From assembly GCA_963675295.2 (NCBI GenBank), contig CAXXKJ010000002.1, positions 2,496,001-2,560,000 on the forward strand: a stretch of DNA of 64,000 nucleotides. Reading direction: 5' to 3'. The position numbers and the translations under genes were made by a program. The notes under the pieces were generated by a model. It had not been told where the DNA came from. It did not search any database and saw only the letters and a list, made by a program, of their open reading frames with translations. Source of the DNA: a bacterium. Its GTDB lineage: Bacteria > Electryoneota > Electryoneia > Electryoneales > Electryoneaceae. Shown one piece after another: positions 31,116 through 42,348 of this stretch. Position 1 is the first letter of the stretch; the number at the start of each line of letters is the position of its first letter.

Positions 31116-31963
31116 GTGGGTTCTTCAAAAGCCGCACGTTCCTGTTTGTCTGGGGCATTCCGTTGGTGGTGGCCACAACCTGGTTCGGCGGCTGGTATTT
31201 CGTCGCCGGGATCAGCCTGCTGAGCATTGTCGCGTCGCTGGAGACGATGAAGGTACTCGCTCCGGGCAAGGCGACCTGGGGTGAACAGCTGCTGGTTGCT
31301 GGATTGTGTGCGGTGCTGCCGTTTGCCATAGCGCTGCACGGCATGATCGCGTTGCTGTGGCTGTACATCGCGGGGTTGCTCGGCGCGGGTTCGCTGGCGT
31401 TGTTTCGGCAGCCGGAGGATGGGTTCCGTTTCCTGATCGCTGCCACGTTCACCATGTTCTACATCGGTGTACCGTTCACCTCCGCGCTATTGCTACGTCT
31501 CGATCCGATCTGGCAGACCCACTTTCAGGGCGCTGCGATAATTGTCTACATCTGGGCAGGTGTCTGGGTGACGGATACCTTCGCCTATCTCGGCGGGCGA
31601 CGGTTCGGAAAACGTCCGCTCGCACCGCAACTATCTCCGAAGAAGACGCTGGAAGGCACGGCCAGCGGCATACTGATGGCCCTGGTGTGGACGATTCTCG
31701 CGGGGTATGCGTTGACGGATGTGCTGTCGTGGTGGGATCGTATCCTGCTCGGCGCGATCATTGGCGTGTTGTCGGTGATTGGCGATCTGGTCGAGTCGAT
31801 GCTGAAGCGTGTCGCGAAGGTCAAAGACAGTGGCACACTCTTTCAAGGCCACGGCGGAGTGCTTGACCGTTTCGACAGCCTGCTGTTCGTGCAGCCTGCG
31901 GTGTACCTCTACCTGATCGCTGCGGATGTGCTCAACTCACCGAGCCTGCCGTTGCTCAGATGA
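31112..31963 (+). CDS. cdsA: Phosphatidate cytidylyltransferase
   Basis: TDTFAY, SPKKTLEG, KDSG...GHGGVLDRFDS. Confidence 0.95.
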   Translation: MSGFFKSRTFLFVWGIPLVVATTWFGGWYFVAGISLLSIVASLETMKVLAPGKATWGEQLLVAGLCAVLPFAIALHGMIALLWLYIAGLLGAGSLALFRQPEDGFRFLIAATFTMFYIGVPFTSALLLRLDPIWQTHFQGAAIIVYIWAGVWVTDTFAYLGGRRFGKRPLAPQLSPKKTLEGTASGILMALVWTILAGYALTDVLSWWDRILLGAIIGVLSVIGDLVESMLKRVAKVKDSGTLFQGHGGVLDRFDSLLFVQPAVYLYLIAADVLNSPSLPLLR

Positions 31964-32722
31964 TCAATCGACAGTTCGAATCGGCTCCGGTTTTTTCACC
32001 TTGAGATCGAGCAAGAAACCCATCGCCAGCGTGATCATCTGATGACGTGCGGACGGGTCTCCCGGTCCGCCGAGGGTGATGGTTTCGAAATCGTCGCTGA
32101 TGAACAGCTTATGGTAGTCTTCCACGCCGAGGAAGGAACGGATGCCGTGCAGGTAACGGAGTTCGATGTAGCCACGATCACGTCCGGCGGGGAAGGACAT
32201 GCGGATACCGGCGATGAAGGACAGGTCAACGCCGTTGATGTTTGAGATTGCACGTGACCCGGTGCGCTTTTTACCCGGAATATCGAGCCCGACACCGCTT
32301 CCAGTCAGGGTACCGAAGCTGGGTCCGGCGAACAGATGCGGACGTACGTATTCCTTCGGCATCAGGTCCCATTCGAGGAAGACAGGAATTTCGACGTAAT
32401 ACATGTAGGGGTTGAATTCACGGACGGCCTGGCCGTCATCACCAATCAGCCGGTAGCCACGACGTCCGAACAGCAACTCGGAGTGCACCGCGAAATTACT
32501 GGTCAGGTTGATCGCGCCGGTGATGCCCGCCATCAGGCCGGTGTCCCATTTGCGGGTGTAGTTATCCACGTCGGTCCAGCTGCCCGTAGCGTTGCTCAGG
32601 TTGTACCCGACGACAACGCCCCAGTTGAGCGGAGTCTTTTTCCGGACGCGTGCCGAACTGGAGTCCGCGAGCGTCATGAGCAGTATTCCGATAGCCAGCA
32701 GTGTGAAACCAACCCGCTTCAC
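31964..32722 (-). CDS. Outer-membrane beta-barrel (porin family / PorT-like) protein
   Basis: GTG start with GGAGG RBS, signal peptide, YYVEIPV and LFAGP barrel motifs. Confidence 0.75.
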   Translation of the reverse strand: MKRVGFTLLAIGILLMTLADSSSARVRKKTPLNWGVVVGYNLSNATGSWTDVDNYTRKWDTGLMAGITGAINLTSNFAVHSELLFGRRGYRLIGDDGQAVREFNPYMYYVEIPVFLEWDLMPKEYVRPHLFAGPSFGTLTGSGVGLDIPGKKRTGSRAISNINGVDLSFIAGIRMSFPAGRDRGYIELRYLHGIRSFLGVEDYHKLFISDDFETITLGGPGDPSARHQMITLAMGFLLDLKVKKPEPIRTVD

Positions 32723-32924
32723 AGGTTCCTCCGTACGCTGAGGATGAACAGGACCGCGAAAGATACAACTCTGAAGCGCCGGGTGGTGGAAAGATGCAGC
32801 CGGAGGTCTCAGCGGAGTGAAGGGTTGGAGAACCTGCCGGGAACGCTGAGAGTCCTGACAATTCGTGGTATGCCGGGATGATGTGGCTCCGATCCGAGGC
32901 TCGAGGTAGAGGAGCGGGAGTGTA

Positions 32925-32953
32925 TTGCGCAAGTGGGGCTTTTCTTCTACATT
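32925..32953 (+). promoter_or_regulatory. Sigma70-type promoter of tRNA-Asp
   Basis: TTGCGC-17 nt-TACATT. Confidence 0.55.
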
Positions 32954-32976
32954 GTGCGTTCGCTGGAAACAGCTAT

Positions 32977-33051
32977 GGGGCAGTAGCTCAGTTTGGTTAG
33001 AGTATCGGCCTGTCACGCCGAGGGTCGCGGGTTCGAGTCCCGTCTGCCCCG
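32977..33051 (+). tRNA. tRNA-Asp (GTC); CCA not encoded
   Basis: Acceptor GGGGCAG/CTGCCCC, D-arm GCTCAGTTTGGTTAGAGT, anticodon loop CTGTCAC, T-loop GTTCGAG. Confidence 0.97.
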
Positions 33052-33055
33052 CATC

Positions 33056-33085
33056 AAACGCGTCCATCTCCGGGCGCGTTTTTTG
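33056..33085 (+). terminator. Terminator after tRNA-Asp
   Basis: aaacgcgtcc-loop-gggcgcgttttttg. Confidence 0.7.
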
Positions 33086-33256
33086 TTTGCACTCCTGCCG
33101 GAATTGGTCTCCCGAATCGTTTTTTTCTGTCAGTAAGTCAGCTTAGATTCCGCGAGCTGTTGGGGATGGAACGATGATTCGTGACCATCACCCCAGCTCG
33201 GTTTTCCTGCTGGAAAACCTATCTGCACGGGTAAGCCTGATTGTAAGGAGGACGCC

Positions 33257-34483
33257 ATGAGCGACGCGACGAAATCCACTCAGTTCATCGATATGGAAGC
33301 GCAGTACGGTGCGCACAACTACCATCCGTTGCCGATTGTGATTGCAAAGGGTGAGGGCGTCTGGGTCTGGGATCCGGACGGCAACAAGTACATGGACTGC
33401 CTCGCGGCGTACAGTGCGTTGAATCAGGGTTACAACCACCCGCGCGTGATGAAGGCCGCCCGTGACCAGATGGAAACCGGCGTCACCCTGACCAGCCGTG
33501 CTTTTTACAATCCGCGCCTCGGTGAGTTCCTCAAGAAGGTCACCGAGATCACCGGTCACAACCGGGTGCTGCCGATGAACACCGGCGCCGAAGCGGTGGA
33601 ATCCGCGATCAAGCTCGCGCGCCGCTGGGGGTATAGCACGAAGGGCGTAGCCGAGGGTAAGGCCGAGATCATCGTCTTCAATGGCAACTTCCACGGCCGC
33701 ACCACGACCATCGTCGGCTTCAGCTCGGATGATGACTACAAGAAGGGATTCGGACCCTTTACGCCGGGCTTCAAGCTGGTCGATTACGGCAACCTCGAGC
33801 AGTTCAAGCAGGCGGTGAACGAGAATACTGTCGCCGTGCTGATCGAGCCGATCCAGGCCGAAGGCGGCATCCTGATTCCGCCGGCGGGTTACCTCAAGGC
33901 AATCAAGGACATGTGCGAAGAGCAACAGATCCTGTTCATGGCTGACGAAATCCAGACCGGTCTTGGCCGTACGGGCAAGATGTTCGCGGTTGAGCATGAG
34001 GGTGTCAAGCCGGACGTGTTCATGCTCGCCAAGGCGATCAGTGGCGGTTTCATGCCGGTGTCGGTGGTAACGGCGGACGAAGAAGTGATGAAGGTATTCG
34101 ATCCGGGTTCACACGGCAGCACATACGGCGGCAATCCGCTCGGCGCGGCGGTCGCGACGGAAGCGATCCAGGTGCTGATCGACGAGAAGTTGCCGGAACG
34201 TGCGACGGAACTTGGCGCGTACTTCGTGGAGAAGCTGAACGCGATCAATAGCCCGCATGTGAAGGAAGTTCGTGCGCGCGGCTTGCTGGTCGGCGTCGAG
34301 ATCAAGCGTGAAAGCGGAGTCGCCCGTCCCTTCTGCGAGAAACTGAAGGAGTACGGCATCCTGGCGAAGGAGACGCACGAGAGCGTGATCCGTTTCGCCC
34401 CGCCGCTGGTGATCACCAAGGAAGAGATCGACTGGGCGCTTGAACGGATCGAGAAGATCCTGACCACCGATGCCCCGGTTTGA
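33257..34483 (+). CDS. rocD: Ornithine--oxo-acid aminotransferase
   Basis: AHNYHPLP, YSALNQG, PMNTGAEAVE, FHGRT, DEIQTGLGRTG, HGSTYGGNP. Confidence 0.95.
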   Translation: MSDATKSTQFIDMEAQYGAHNYHPLPIVIAKGEGVWVWDPDGNKYMDCLAAYSALNQGYNHPRVMKAARDQMETGVTLTSRAFYNPRLGEFLKKVTEITGHNRVLPMNTGAEAVESAIKLARRWGYSTKGVAEGKAEIIVFNGNFHGRTTTIVGFSSDDDYKKGFGPFTPGFKLVDYGNLEQFKQAVNENTVAVLIEPIQAEGGILIPPAGYLKAIKDMCEEQQILFMADEIQTGLGRTGKMFAVEHEGVKPDVFMLAKAISGGFMPVSVVTADEEVMKVFDPGSHGSTYGGNPLGAAVATEAIQVLIDEKLPERATELGAYFVEKLNAINSPHVKEVRARGLLVGVEIKRESGVARPFCEKLKEYGILAKETHESVIRFAPPLVITKEEIDWALERIEKILTTDAPV

Positions 34484-34505
34484 TCCTGAATTGACCTGAT
34501 GTTAC

Positions 34506-34545
34506 CCGTGCCGGACTGTCCTCGTGATAGTCCGGCACGGCGTTT
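34506..34545 (+). terminator. Strong hairpin after rocD
   Basis: ccgtgccggact ... agtccggcacgg. Confidence 0.6.
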
Positions 34546-34639
34546 ATCCGACACGAACTTTCCCGTATATTGGCCCCGTCCTCGTACCCTGTGAAAATCC
34601 CCGGGTACATCCTTTTTCATCGAACGTGAGACACGATAT

Positions 34640-37198
34640 ATGCGCCGTCAACACACAATCCGGGTGATGCCGTCCCTGCCCGAACCGATTGAACGTCTGC
34701 GGGAACTGGCGTTCGACCTGCACTGGACGTGGAACTACGATGCCATCGACCTCTTCCGCCGTCTCGACCCGTATCACTGGCGAGAGGTTGGGCAGAACCC
34801 GATCCGTCAGATTGCGGAACTGCCGCAGGAGAAGCTTGAGGACGCGGCGAACGATGACGCGTTCCTCAGCCTGCTCGAGAAGGTGATGGAGGAGTTCGAC
34901 GAGTACCGCAGGGACCCGTCCTGGTTCCAGGCGAAGCATCCGGAGATGCAGGACACCCGCATTGCGTACCTCTCGATGGAATTCGGGCTGCATGAGTCGA
35001 TGCCGATTTATTCCGGCGGGCTGGGCATTCTAGCGGGTGACCACCTGAAGGCAGCCAGCGACCTCGCGATTCCGCTGGTCGGTGTTGGCCTGATGTACCG
35101 CCGCGGCTACTTCCGGCAATATCTCAATGCGGACGGCTGGCAGCAGGAAAACTACCCAGTCTACGACACGTTCAACCTCCCGATCACCCAGGTGATGCGT
35201 GAGGATGGTGAACCGATGTCGTTCACGATGGATGTCGGCGGACGGAATGTCATCATCCAGATCTGGCAGCTCAAGGTCGGGCGGATCACACTGTATCTGC
35301 TCGATTCCAGCCATGTGGACAATCATCCTGAGGATCGCCGGATTACGGAAGTGTTGTACGGTGGCGATTCCGAGATGCGCATCCGTCAGGAAATCGTGCT
35401 AGGTATCGGTGGGATGAAGGCGTTGGTCGAACTGGGCATTCAGTGTAGCGTATTCCACATGAACGAGGGGCACAGCGCGTTCCTCGCCCTCGAACGTATC
35501 CGGCGCCGGATGGATGATCACCAGCTGACGTTCAGCGAAGCACGCGAAGCGACGCGTGTTTCGCACGTGTTCACAACGCATACACCAGTCCCGGCCGGCA
35601 TCGACCGTTTCAGCCAGGAATTGATGACGAAGTACTTCAAGGATTTCTGGCCGCAGATCGGGTTGGACCGGAACGCGTTCATGGATCTCGGTGGTGCGAA
35701 TCCGAACGATCCGGCGTCCCCGTTCAACATGGCGACGATGGCGATCAACCTGGCGTCCTACGTGAACGGTGTCAGCAAATTGCACGGCGAGGTGTCGCGC
35801 AAGATGTGGCGTCACCAGTGGCCGTCGCTGGATCTCAACGAAATCCCGATTGATTCGGTGACTAACGGCGTGCATGCCGCGAGCTGGCTGTCGCCGGAGA
35901 TGGTGCACGTTTTCGACCGTTATCTCGGCCCGGACTGGCAGCATGACGACGCCGACAAGGAAATCTGGAACCGGATCGAGAAGATTTCGAACGAGGAGTT
36001 GTGGCGGGCCAAGGAGCGCGCGCGGCAGCGTCTGGTGGTGTTCGCCCGTGATCGTCTCGCGAAGCAGTTGCAGCAGCGTGGCGAATCCCGCGCGACGGTT
36101 GAACAGGCGTACGACGCGCTCGACATGGAAGCGTTCACCATCGGCTTCGCCCGCCGGTTCGCGACCTACAAGCGCGCCAACCTGCTGTTCCGCGACAAGG
36201 AACGGTTGATCCGTTTGCTCCGCGACAATGATCGTCCGGTGCAGTTGATCCTCGCTGGCAAGGCGCACCCGAAGGATGAGCCGGGCAAGAACATCATCCG
36301 TGAGATCATCCACATCGCTCGCGAAGTGGGTGTGCGTGACCGGATCGTGTTCCTCGAGAACTATGACATCAACGTCGCCCGGCACATGGTCCAGGGCGCG
36401 GATATCTGGCTGAACACACCGCGTGTGCCGATGGAAGCGTCCGGCACCTCCGGCATGAAGGCTGTGCTGAACGGTACGATTCACGTGTCAACGTTCGATG
36501 GCTGGTGGGCGGAAGGCTACAGCCCGGAGATCGGCTGGACCATTGGCCACGGCGAGACGTATGACGAGCCGGAAGAGCAGGATCAGATCGAGTCGGAGCT
36601 GCTGTACGATCTGCTCGAAAAGGAAATCGTACCGCTGTTCTATCATCGCAACCAGGGCCGTGTTCCGCGCGACTGGACGGAGATGATGAAGCGCTCGCTG
36701 TTGCGCAACTGCCCGTATTTCAACACCAGCCGCATGCTGCGTGAATACACCGAGAAGGCGTACCTGCCGAACCATCAGCAGTGGAGCACGATGGTCGGTG
36801 ACGATTTCGCGTCGGCGAAAGAGCTCAGCGTCTGGAAGCAGAAGATGTACCAAGGCTGGAACGAAGTTCGTGTCGCGAATGTCAGCCTCGACAGTTCGGG
36901 CAAGCTGAAGGTTGGCGACGAAGTGCTGGTGCAGGCGGGTGTCCATCTGGGTTCGTTGAAGCCGGACGATGTCCAGGTCGAGATCTACATAAGCCGTGAT
37001 CTCGATGATGAGCATACCGAACGCATCCAGCCAATCGCGATGCAGGCGGGTGACAAGCGGGATGATGGCGCGTACGAATATTCCGGCACGTTTGCGTGCC
37101 AGCGTTCGGGCGCGTACACCATGTCGGTACGTGTGCTGCCGCATCATGATTTATTGCGCAGCCCGCACGACCTTCGCTTGATTGCGTGGGAAGAATAG
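34640..37198 (+). CDS. glgP: Alpha-glucan (glycogen/starch) phosphorylase
   Basis: YSGGLGILAGD, HMNEGH, FARRFATYKRA, EASGTSGMK. Confidence 0.96.
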   Translation: MRRQHTIRVMPSLPEPIERLRELAFDLHWTWNYDAIDLFRRLDPYHWREVGQNPIRQIAELPQEKLEDAANDDAFLSLLEKVMEEFDEYRRDPSWFQAKHPEMQDTRIAYLSMEFGLHESMPIYSGGLGILAGDHLKAASDLAIPLVGVGLMYRRGYFRQYLNADGWQQENYPVYDTFNLPITQVMREDGEPMSFTMDVGGRNVIIQIWQLKVGRITLYLLDSSHVDNHPEDRRITEVLYGGDSEMRIRQEIVLGIGGMKALVELGIQCSVFHMNEGHSAFLALERIRRRMDDHQLTFSEAREATRVSHVFTTHTPVPAGIDRFSQELMTKYFKDFWPQIGLDRNAFMDLGGANPNDPASPFNMATMAINLASYVNGVSKLHGEVSRKMWRHQWPSLDLNEIPIDSVTNGVHAASWLSPEMVHVFDRYLGPDWQHDDADKEIWNRIEKISNEELWRAKERARQRLVVFARDRLAKQLQQRGESRATVEQAYDALDMEAFTIGFARRFATYKRANLLFRDKERLIRLLRDNDRPVQLILAGKAHPKDEPGKNIIREIIHIAREVGVRDRIVFLENYDINVARHMVQGADIWLNTPRVPMEASGTSGMKAVLNGTIHVSTFDGWWAEGYSPEIGWTIGHGETYDEPEEQDQIESELLYDLLEKEIVPLFYHRNQGRVPRDWTEMMKRSLLRNCPYFNTSRMLREYTEKAYLPNHQQWSTMVGDDFASAKELSVWKQKMYQGWNEVRVANVSLDSSGKLKVGDEVLVQAGVHLGSLKPDDVQVEIYISRDLDDEHTERIQPIAMQAGDKRDDGAYEYSGTFACQRSGAYTMSVRVLPHHDLLRSPHDLRLIAWEE

Positions 37199-37219
37199 CG
37201 GACGAGAAGCTACGGGTGG

Positions 37220-37798
37220 ATGATGGCGACTGAACAGCAGATCATGGACAGCAAGCCGGTGCAGACGAAACCGCGCATCCGCTCGTTTGAGTGGTTGCCG
37301 TTCCGCAAGCGCCGCAGCACGCGCGAACAACGCATCCACTCGGTGTTGAGCGAGACACCGCTGTTCCAGGACATCGGACGCCGTGACTGGCAACTGCTGT
37401 CCAACCTGTTTCACGACCGCAAGTATGAGCAGGGCGAAGCCATCTTCGAGAAAGGCATGCCCGGACTCGGGATGTTTGTCATCCTCGATGGGGAAGTGGA
37501 CATTATCGGTGATGGGGAAGAGGACAGCCCCACATTAGCACACCTGTTGTCCGGCGATTTTTTCGGTGAGATGGCGGTGATTCAGGAGGGGGTGCGCAAC
37601 GCGACCGCTGTTGCCACCACGCACTGTGAGGTGATCGGCATTTTTCGGCCGCAGTTGCGTGAACTGCTGAAAGACCGTCCGAAACTCGGCACTCTGCTTT
37701 ATGAACGTCTGGCACGTGTGCTGGCTGAACGCCTGCGTCGTGCTGACGAAATGCTGCTCGAGCTGACTCATCAGATCGACGAGGGCGACGAAGCATGA
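37220..37798 (+). CDS. Cyclic-nucleotide-binding domain protein
   Basis: MFVILDGEV, GDFFGEMA...RNATAVA. Confidence 0.88.
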   Translation: MMATEQQIMDSKPVQTKPRIRSFEWLPFRKRRSTREQRIHSVLSETPLFQDIGRRDWQLLSNLFHDRKYEQGEAIFEKGMPGLGMFVILDGEVDIIGDGEEDSPTLAHLLSGDFFGEMAVIQEGVRNATAVATTHCEVIGIFRPQLRELLKDRPKLGTLLYERLARVLAERLRRADEMLLELTHQIDEGDEA

Positions 37799-38889
37799 GT
37801 GCTGAATCGGCTGTTCGGTCGAACCAGGGCAACCCGCTGCTACGTCGCCTGTTGGCGTTGGGCTTCGGGCTGTTCTTTCTGGTATTGCTGATCTGGACCT
37901 TCCCGCTCATCAGCGACATCGTTGGCCTGATTGTCATCTCGATTGTCATCAGCTATGCGCTGCGTCCGGTGGTGAACTACCTCGAGATGCACGGTATCAA
38001 TCGTATTGTCAGTATTCTCGTCATCTTCGTCGTGTTTTCAGGATTGATCGGTCTCGTCGCGGCATTCATGGTGCCGAACCTGATCCAACAGCTGAGTGAT
38101 TTCGGCAGAACGGTGAATCAGCTCGATTTCGCCAAGATTCAAAGCGATGTGGTCAACTGGGTTAGCCAATATATCCCGCAGGCTCGAGATATGATGTCGA
38201 TCGAGGGCGGCGGGCAGGATATGATTTTCAATCGCATGCGCGATCTGTTCGCCAGCGGTTTGGAGAAGTCGGCAAATGTGCTCGCAGGTGTGCTCAATGC
38301 ATTCACCCTGCTCAGCATGCTGCCGATTCTCGTGTTTTTCATGCTGAAGGACGGGCGGGCATTCGCGCATGGTTTCATCTCCCGCATGCCGAATCGTTTT
38401 TTCGAGATGACGCTGTCGCTGGTGTACAAGATCAACCGGGCGATTGGTGATTATATCGTCAGCGTGATCATCTCGTCGTTGTTCATCGGCATCCTGACAT
38501 GGGTTGGACTGTTGTTCATCGGGACCAAGTTCGCGCTCGCTCTCGGTGTGATTTCGGCGCTGTTCAACGTGATTCCGTTCTTCGGACCGTTATTGACGAT
38601 GCTCGTCGTGTTTGCCGTGGTGTTGCTGACGGAATCGGCGGTGTTCTGGCCGTTGATCTGGACGGCAGCGCTGATGTTCACGTTGCAGCAGGTGGAATCG
38701 TTCGTCATCAAGCCGATGTTGCTGTCGCATTCGTTGTCGATCCATCCGGCGGTGGTCGTCCTCGTGGTACTCATCGGCGGACGTTACGCCGGCGCAATCG
38801 GGATGTTTATCGCCATCCCGGTCTATTCGATCATTCACATGTTCATTGTTGACCTGTACGGTCACTTGAAGAACTACCGCATCATCTGA
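37795..38889 (+). CDS. AI-2E family transporter
   Basis: [33 protein letters not shown]. Confidence 0.9.
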   Translation: MSAESAVRSNQGNPLLRRLLALGFGLFFLVLLIWTFPLISDIVGLIVISIVISYALRPVVNYLEMHGINRIVSILVIFVVFSGLIGLVAAFMVPNLIQQLSDFGRTVNQLDFAKIQSDVVNWVSQYIPQARDMMSIEGGGQDMIFNRMRDLFASGLEKSANVLAGVLNAFTLLSMLPILVFFMLKDGRAFAHGFISRMPNRFFEMTLSLVYKINRAIGDYIVSVIISSLFIGILTWVGLLFIGTKFALALGVISALFNVIPFFGPLLTMLVVFAVVLLTESAVFWPLIWTAALMFTLQQVESFVIKPMLLSHSLSIHPAVVVLVVLIGGRYAGAIGMFIAIPVYSIIHMFIVDLYGHLKNYRII

Positions 38890-38923
38890 ACCGCAGCCAA
38901 CGCGCTGCCACCATGGAACTGAG

Positions 38924-41188
38924 ATGACCCAGGACCCGTTCTCCGGCCAGATACCAACCCCGATGCCATCCGACCCGCCGGTTGACCGCGAGCTCGCGCA
39001 CGCGCACCAACTGACGGACGACGAATACGACCAGATTATCGGCCTGCTCGGCGGACGCACACCGACCTTCACCGAGCTCGGTGTCTATTCGGTGATGTGG
39101 TCGGAGCACGCCAGCTACAAGAATTCGATCCTGCAGTTGAAGACGCTGCCACGCAGCGGTGGAAAGTTGCTTGTCGCGGCGGGCGAAGAGAACGCCGGGC
39201 TGGTGGATATCGGAGATGGTCTCGCGGTTGCGTTCAAGGTGGAAAGCCACAACCACCCGAGCGCGGTAGAACCGTACCAGGGCGCGGCGACAGGCGTCGG
39301 CGGCATCCTGCGTGACGTCTTCACCATGGGCGCGCGTCCGATTGCGTGTTTGAACAGCTTGCGCTTCGGTCCGCCGGAGGATGATCGTGTACGGTACCTG
39401 GTGGACGGGGTCGTGCGTGGCATCGGCGACTACGGCAACTGTGTCGGCATTCCGACGGTCGGCGGCGAAGTGTATTTCGACGAAGCCTACCGTGGCAATC
39501 CGCTGGTCAACGCAATGGCGGTGGGGATTGTCGAACACAACAAGGTGCTGAAGGCGACAGCGGGCACCGAGCCGGGCAATCCGGTGATCTACATCGGTTC
39601 CCGAACCGGCCGGGACGGCATCCACGGCGCGACCTTCGCCAGCGAAGAATTGAGCGAAGAATCCAAGAGCCGCAAGTCGAACGTGCAGGTGGGCGACCCG
39701 TTCACCGAAAAGCTGCTGCTTGAAGCGACGTTGGAACTCGGCAACACCGACGCCCTCGTCGGGATTCAGGACATGGGCGCGGCCGGGTTGACGTGCTCGT
39801 CCTGCGAGATGGCGGGCAAGGACGGCGCGGGCATTTTCCTCGATCTCGATAAGGTCCCGAGGCGTGAAGAGGGCATGACGCCATACGAAGTGCTGCTCAG
39901 CGAAAGCCAGGAACGGATGCTGGTTGTCGCCAAACGTGGACGGGAACAAGAAGTGTTCGATATCGTCCGCCGTTGGGATCTCCAGGCGGTGGAAGTCGGG
40001 TTTGTGACGGATGATGGCCGCATGCGTGCCAGCGCGGACGGCCAGCTGGTGCTGGATATCCCGGTGGATACGCTGGTGCTCGGCGGTGGCGCACCGCAGT
40101 ATGTGCGTGAGGTCGAAGAACCCGCGCCCGCGCCGGCGTTGAGCGTCACCGAGCCGCAGGACTTCAAGAACGCGACGTTACAGCTGCTTGCCAGCCCGAA
40201 TGTCGCCAGCAAGCGGCATGTCTACCGCCAGTATGACCACATGGTTGGTGCGAGCACACGGCTCGAACCGGGCCGTGGCGATGCGGCGCTGGTCCGTGTC
40301 GCCGGCACGAACAAGGTGCTGTCCACCGCAATCGACTGCAACGGACGCCAACTTTCGTTGAATCCGCGGGAAGGTGCGCGCCAGGCGGTGGCGGAATCGT
40401 GCCGCAATGTCGCCTGTACCGGCGCGCAGCCGCTGGGCATCACCAACTGCCTCAACTTCGGCAACCCGTACAAGCCGAAGATGTACTGGACGTTTGTCGA
40501 GGCGGTCGGTGGGATGGGGGAAGCCTGCCGCGCGTTCGGGACACCGGTCACCGGCGGGAACGTGTCGTTTTACAACGAAAACCCGAGCGGCGCGGTGTAT
40601 CCGACGCCGGTCATCGGCGTTGTCGGCCTGGCCGAAGACGCAGAGAAAACCATCGGCATGGGCTTCACCCGGGAGGGCGACGCCATCTTCCTGCTCGGGC
40701 CGGATCGTGCCGGCTGGGCGGGCAGTGAGTGGCAGAATATCACCGAGGGTTCACCGTCCGGCGAACTCACGCCCATTGATCTTGAACTTGAAGCAAAGCT
40801 TCAGGAATTCCTCATCAAGAGCATCAACCGTGGCTGGATCAGCGCGGCGCATGACCTGTCCGACGGCGGTCTGGCGGTGACGTTGTGCGAGATGGCGCTG
40901 ACCAGTCCGAACCGTTCCATCGGCGCGTTACTTGAACGGGAAGAGGACGTGACTGCCTCGTGGTTGTTCGCGGAAGGCCCGTCACGGGTGGTGGTGACGG
41001 TCTCGCCAGAGGTTATGGATGACTTCGAGGAGGCTACCGAGGCGGCCGGGTTGCCCATCGAGTGGATCGGCACCACTGGCGGCCGGGGTGTTGGTTTCCG
41101 TGGCGTGTTCAGCGTGTCATTCGATGAGATGGCGGACGCCTACGACAACGGCCTCGAACGTGCGCTGGGGCTGAAGCCCAACGCCTGA
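38924..41188 (+). CDS. purL: Phosphoribosylformylglycinamidine synthase subunit PurL
   Basis: [39 protein letters not shown]. Confidence 0.98.
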   Translation: MTQDPFSGQIPTPMPSDPPVDRELAHAHQLTDDEYDQIIGLLGGRTPTFTELGVYSVMWSEHASYKNSILQLKTLPRSGGKLLVAAGEENAGLVDIGDGLAVAFKVESHNHPSAVEPYQGAATGVGGILRDVFTMGARPIACLNSLRFGPPEDDRVRYLVDGVVRGIGDYGNCVGIPTVGGEVYFDEAYRGNPLVNAMAVGIVEHNKVLKATAGTEPGNPVIYIGSRTGRDGIHGATFASEELSEESKSRKSNVQVGDPFTEKLLLEATLELGNTDALVGIQDMGAAGLTCSSCEMAGKDGAGIFLDLDKVPRREEGMTPYEVLLSESQERMLVVAKRGREQEVFDIVRRWDLQAVEVGFVTDDGRMRASADGQLVLDIPVDTLVLGGGAPQYVREVEEPAPAPALSVTEPQDFKNATLQLLASPNVASKRHVYRQYDHMVGASTRLEPGRGDAALVRVAGTNKVLSTAIDCNGRQLSLNPREGARQAVAESCRNVACTGAQPLGITNCLNFGNPYKPKMYWTFVEAVGGMGEACRAFGTPVTGGNVSFYNENPSGAVYPTPVIGVVGLAEDAEKTIGMGFTREGDAIFLLGPDRAGWAGSEWQNITEGSPSGELTPIDLELEAKLQEFLIKSINRGWISAAHDLSDGGLAVTLCEMALTSPNRSIGALLEREEDVTASWLFAEGPSRVVVTVSPEVMDDFEEATEAAGLPIEWIGTTGGRGVGFRGVFSVSFDEMADAYDNGLERALGLKPNA

Positions 41189-41207
41189 ACCCGCATCCGG
41201 AACTGTC

Positions 41208-41882
41208 ATGGCCTCGCCCGCATTCGTCCGGCTGTTCCTTCGTCCGCGCACAACAATGCGCTGGGTGTTGGACGATGATCCCAATTTTGGTGTAACCAGT
41301 ATCTCGGTGGTTGCCGGGATCACGGCGTTCCTGCGTTCCAGCGTGCTGCACGGCCTGCACCCGATGCCCGGCCTCGTCGGCCTGCACCCTCAGCTGGATG
41401 CGATCCTCGCGTATGGTGTTGGCGCCACTCCCAACTATCCTTTATTGATTGCCGCGCTCGGCATTGCGGGTGGACTGTTTGGCGTGCTTGGTATTTACCT
41501 CGGCACACTCCCGCTCTGGATCATCGGTAAAATCTTCGGTGGGCGGGGACGGTATACCGAGGTGCGTTCGGCGCTGGCATGGTCGTTTGTACCCTATTCC
41601 TGGCTGCTACCGATGTGGGTGGGAATGGCGTTTCTTGACGGCGCACAATTGCGGCAGGGTGGGTTCGACTACACATCGTTTTTCCCGCCGGACGGTAGTT
41701 CCGTTATGCTCTGGGTAATGTTCGCTTTGGATTATGCGCTGCGCCTGTTCGCGATGGTGTGGCTGGTGCTGAAACTGAGCGTGGCTCACCGCTTCGAGAT
41801 CTGGAAGGCGATTGTTGTGTCGGCGCTCTCCGGATCTGTCCTCATCTACCTCGTGCCACGGTTCTATTCGCTCGGATTCTGA
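41208..41882 (+). CDS. Yip1-family membrane protein
   Basis: LFLRPRTT start, GKIFGGRG, about 5 TMs. Confidence 0.7.
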   Translation: MASPAFVRLFLRPRTTMRWVLDDDPNFGVTSISVVAGITAFLRSSVLHGLHPMPGLVGLHPQLDAILAYGVGATPNYPLLIAALGIAGGLFGVLGIYLGTLPLWIIGKIFGGRGRYTEVRSALAWSFVPYSWLLPMWVGMAFLDGAQLRQGGFDYTSFFPPDGSSVMLWVMFALDYALRLFAMVWLVLKLSVAHRFEIWKAIVVSALSGSVLIYLVPRFYSLGF

Positions 41883-41927
41883 CCTCGGAACAGCCAGCCA
41901 TTCACGCTCGCAATCCCCACCAGCAGA

Positions 41928-42191
41928 TTACTCTGCGTCAACATGATTGTGGCTGCCGTCGCAGAACGGCTTGTTCTTTGTGTGCTTGCACATGCACAGC
42001 GCGACAGTCTTGTCCTCGTCCAAAGTGAACTTGTGGCTGTGCAGTTCACTCTCTTCCCGGTGGGTGCCATCGCAGAATGGCTGATGGCTGCTGAACCCGC
42101 ACGCGCACCAGTAATACTCGCCGGCCTTGCATTCGATGACCGCGGGCTTGGTGTCTGCGGGACGGGGGGTGGAACGGCGGTCGATCATCAT
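41928..42191 (-). CDS. Tandem CDGSH iron-sulfur domain protein
   Basis: WCACGFSSHQPFCDGTH and LCMCKHTKNKPFCDGSH. Confidence 0.93.
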   Translation of the reverse strand: MMIDRRSTPRPADTKPAVIECKAGEYYWCACGFSSHQPFCDGTHREESELHSHKFTLDEDKTVALCMCKHTKNKPFCDGSHNHVDAE

Positions 42192-42348
42192 CTTCCTCAC
42201 GCTTGGGTTGTTGAGCAACTGTCCAAATATGCGGGCGAGTCCCGGCAGCGTCAACCGGAAGCATGGGCTCCCGCGTCGAATAGAAACGGCTGCACGCGTT
42301 CGCATGCAGCCGTTTCATCCAACACCAGGGGGTCTGGACAGGAATACC

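Noticed and set aside
32723-33067. N-terminal extension of ORF 31964..33067
   Set aside because: It runs antisense through tRNA-Asp; a GTG start with RBS and signal peptide lies at 32722.
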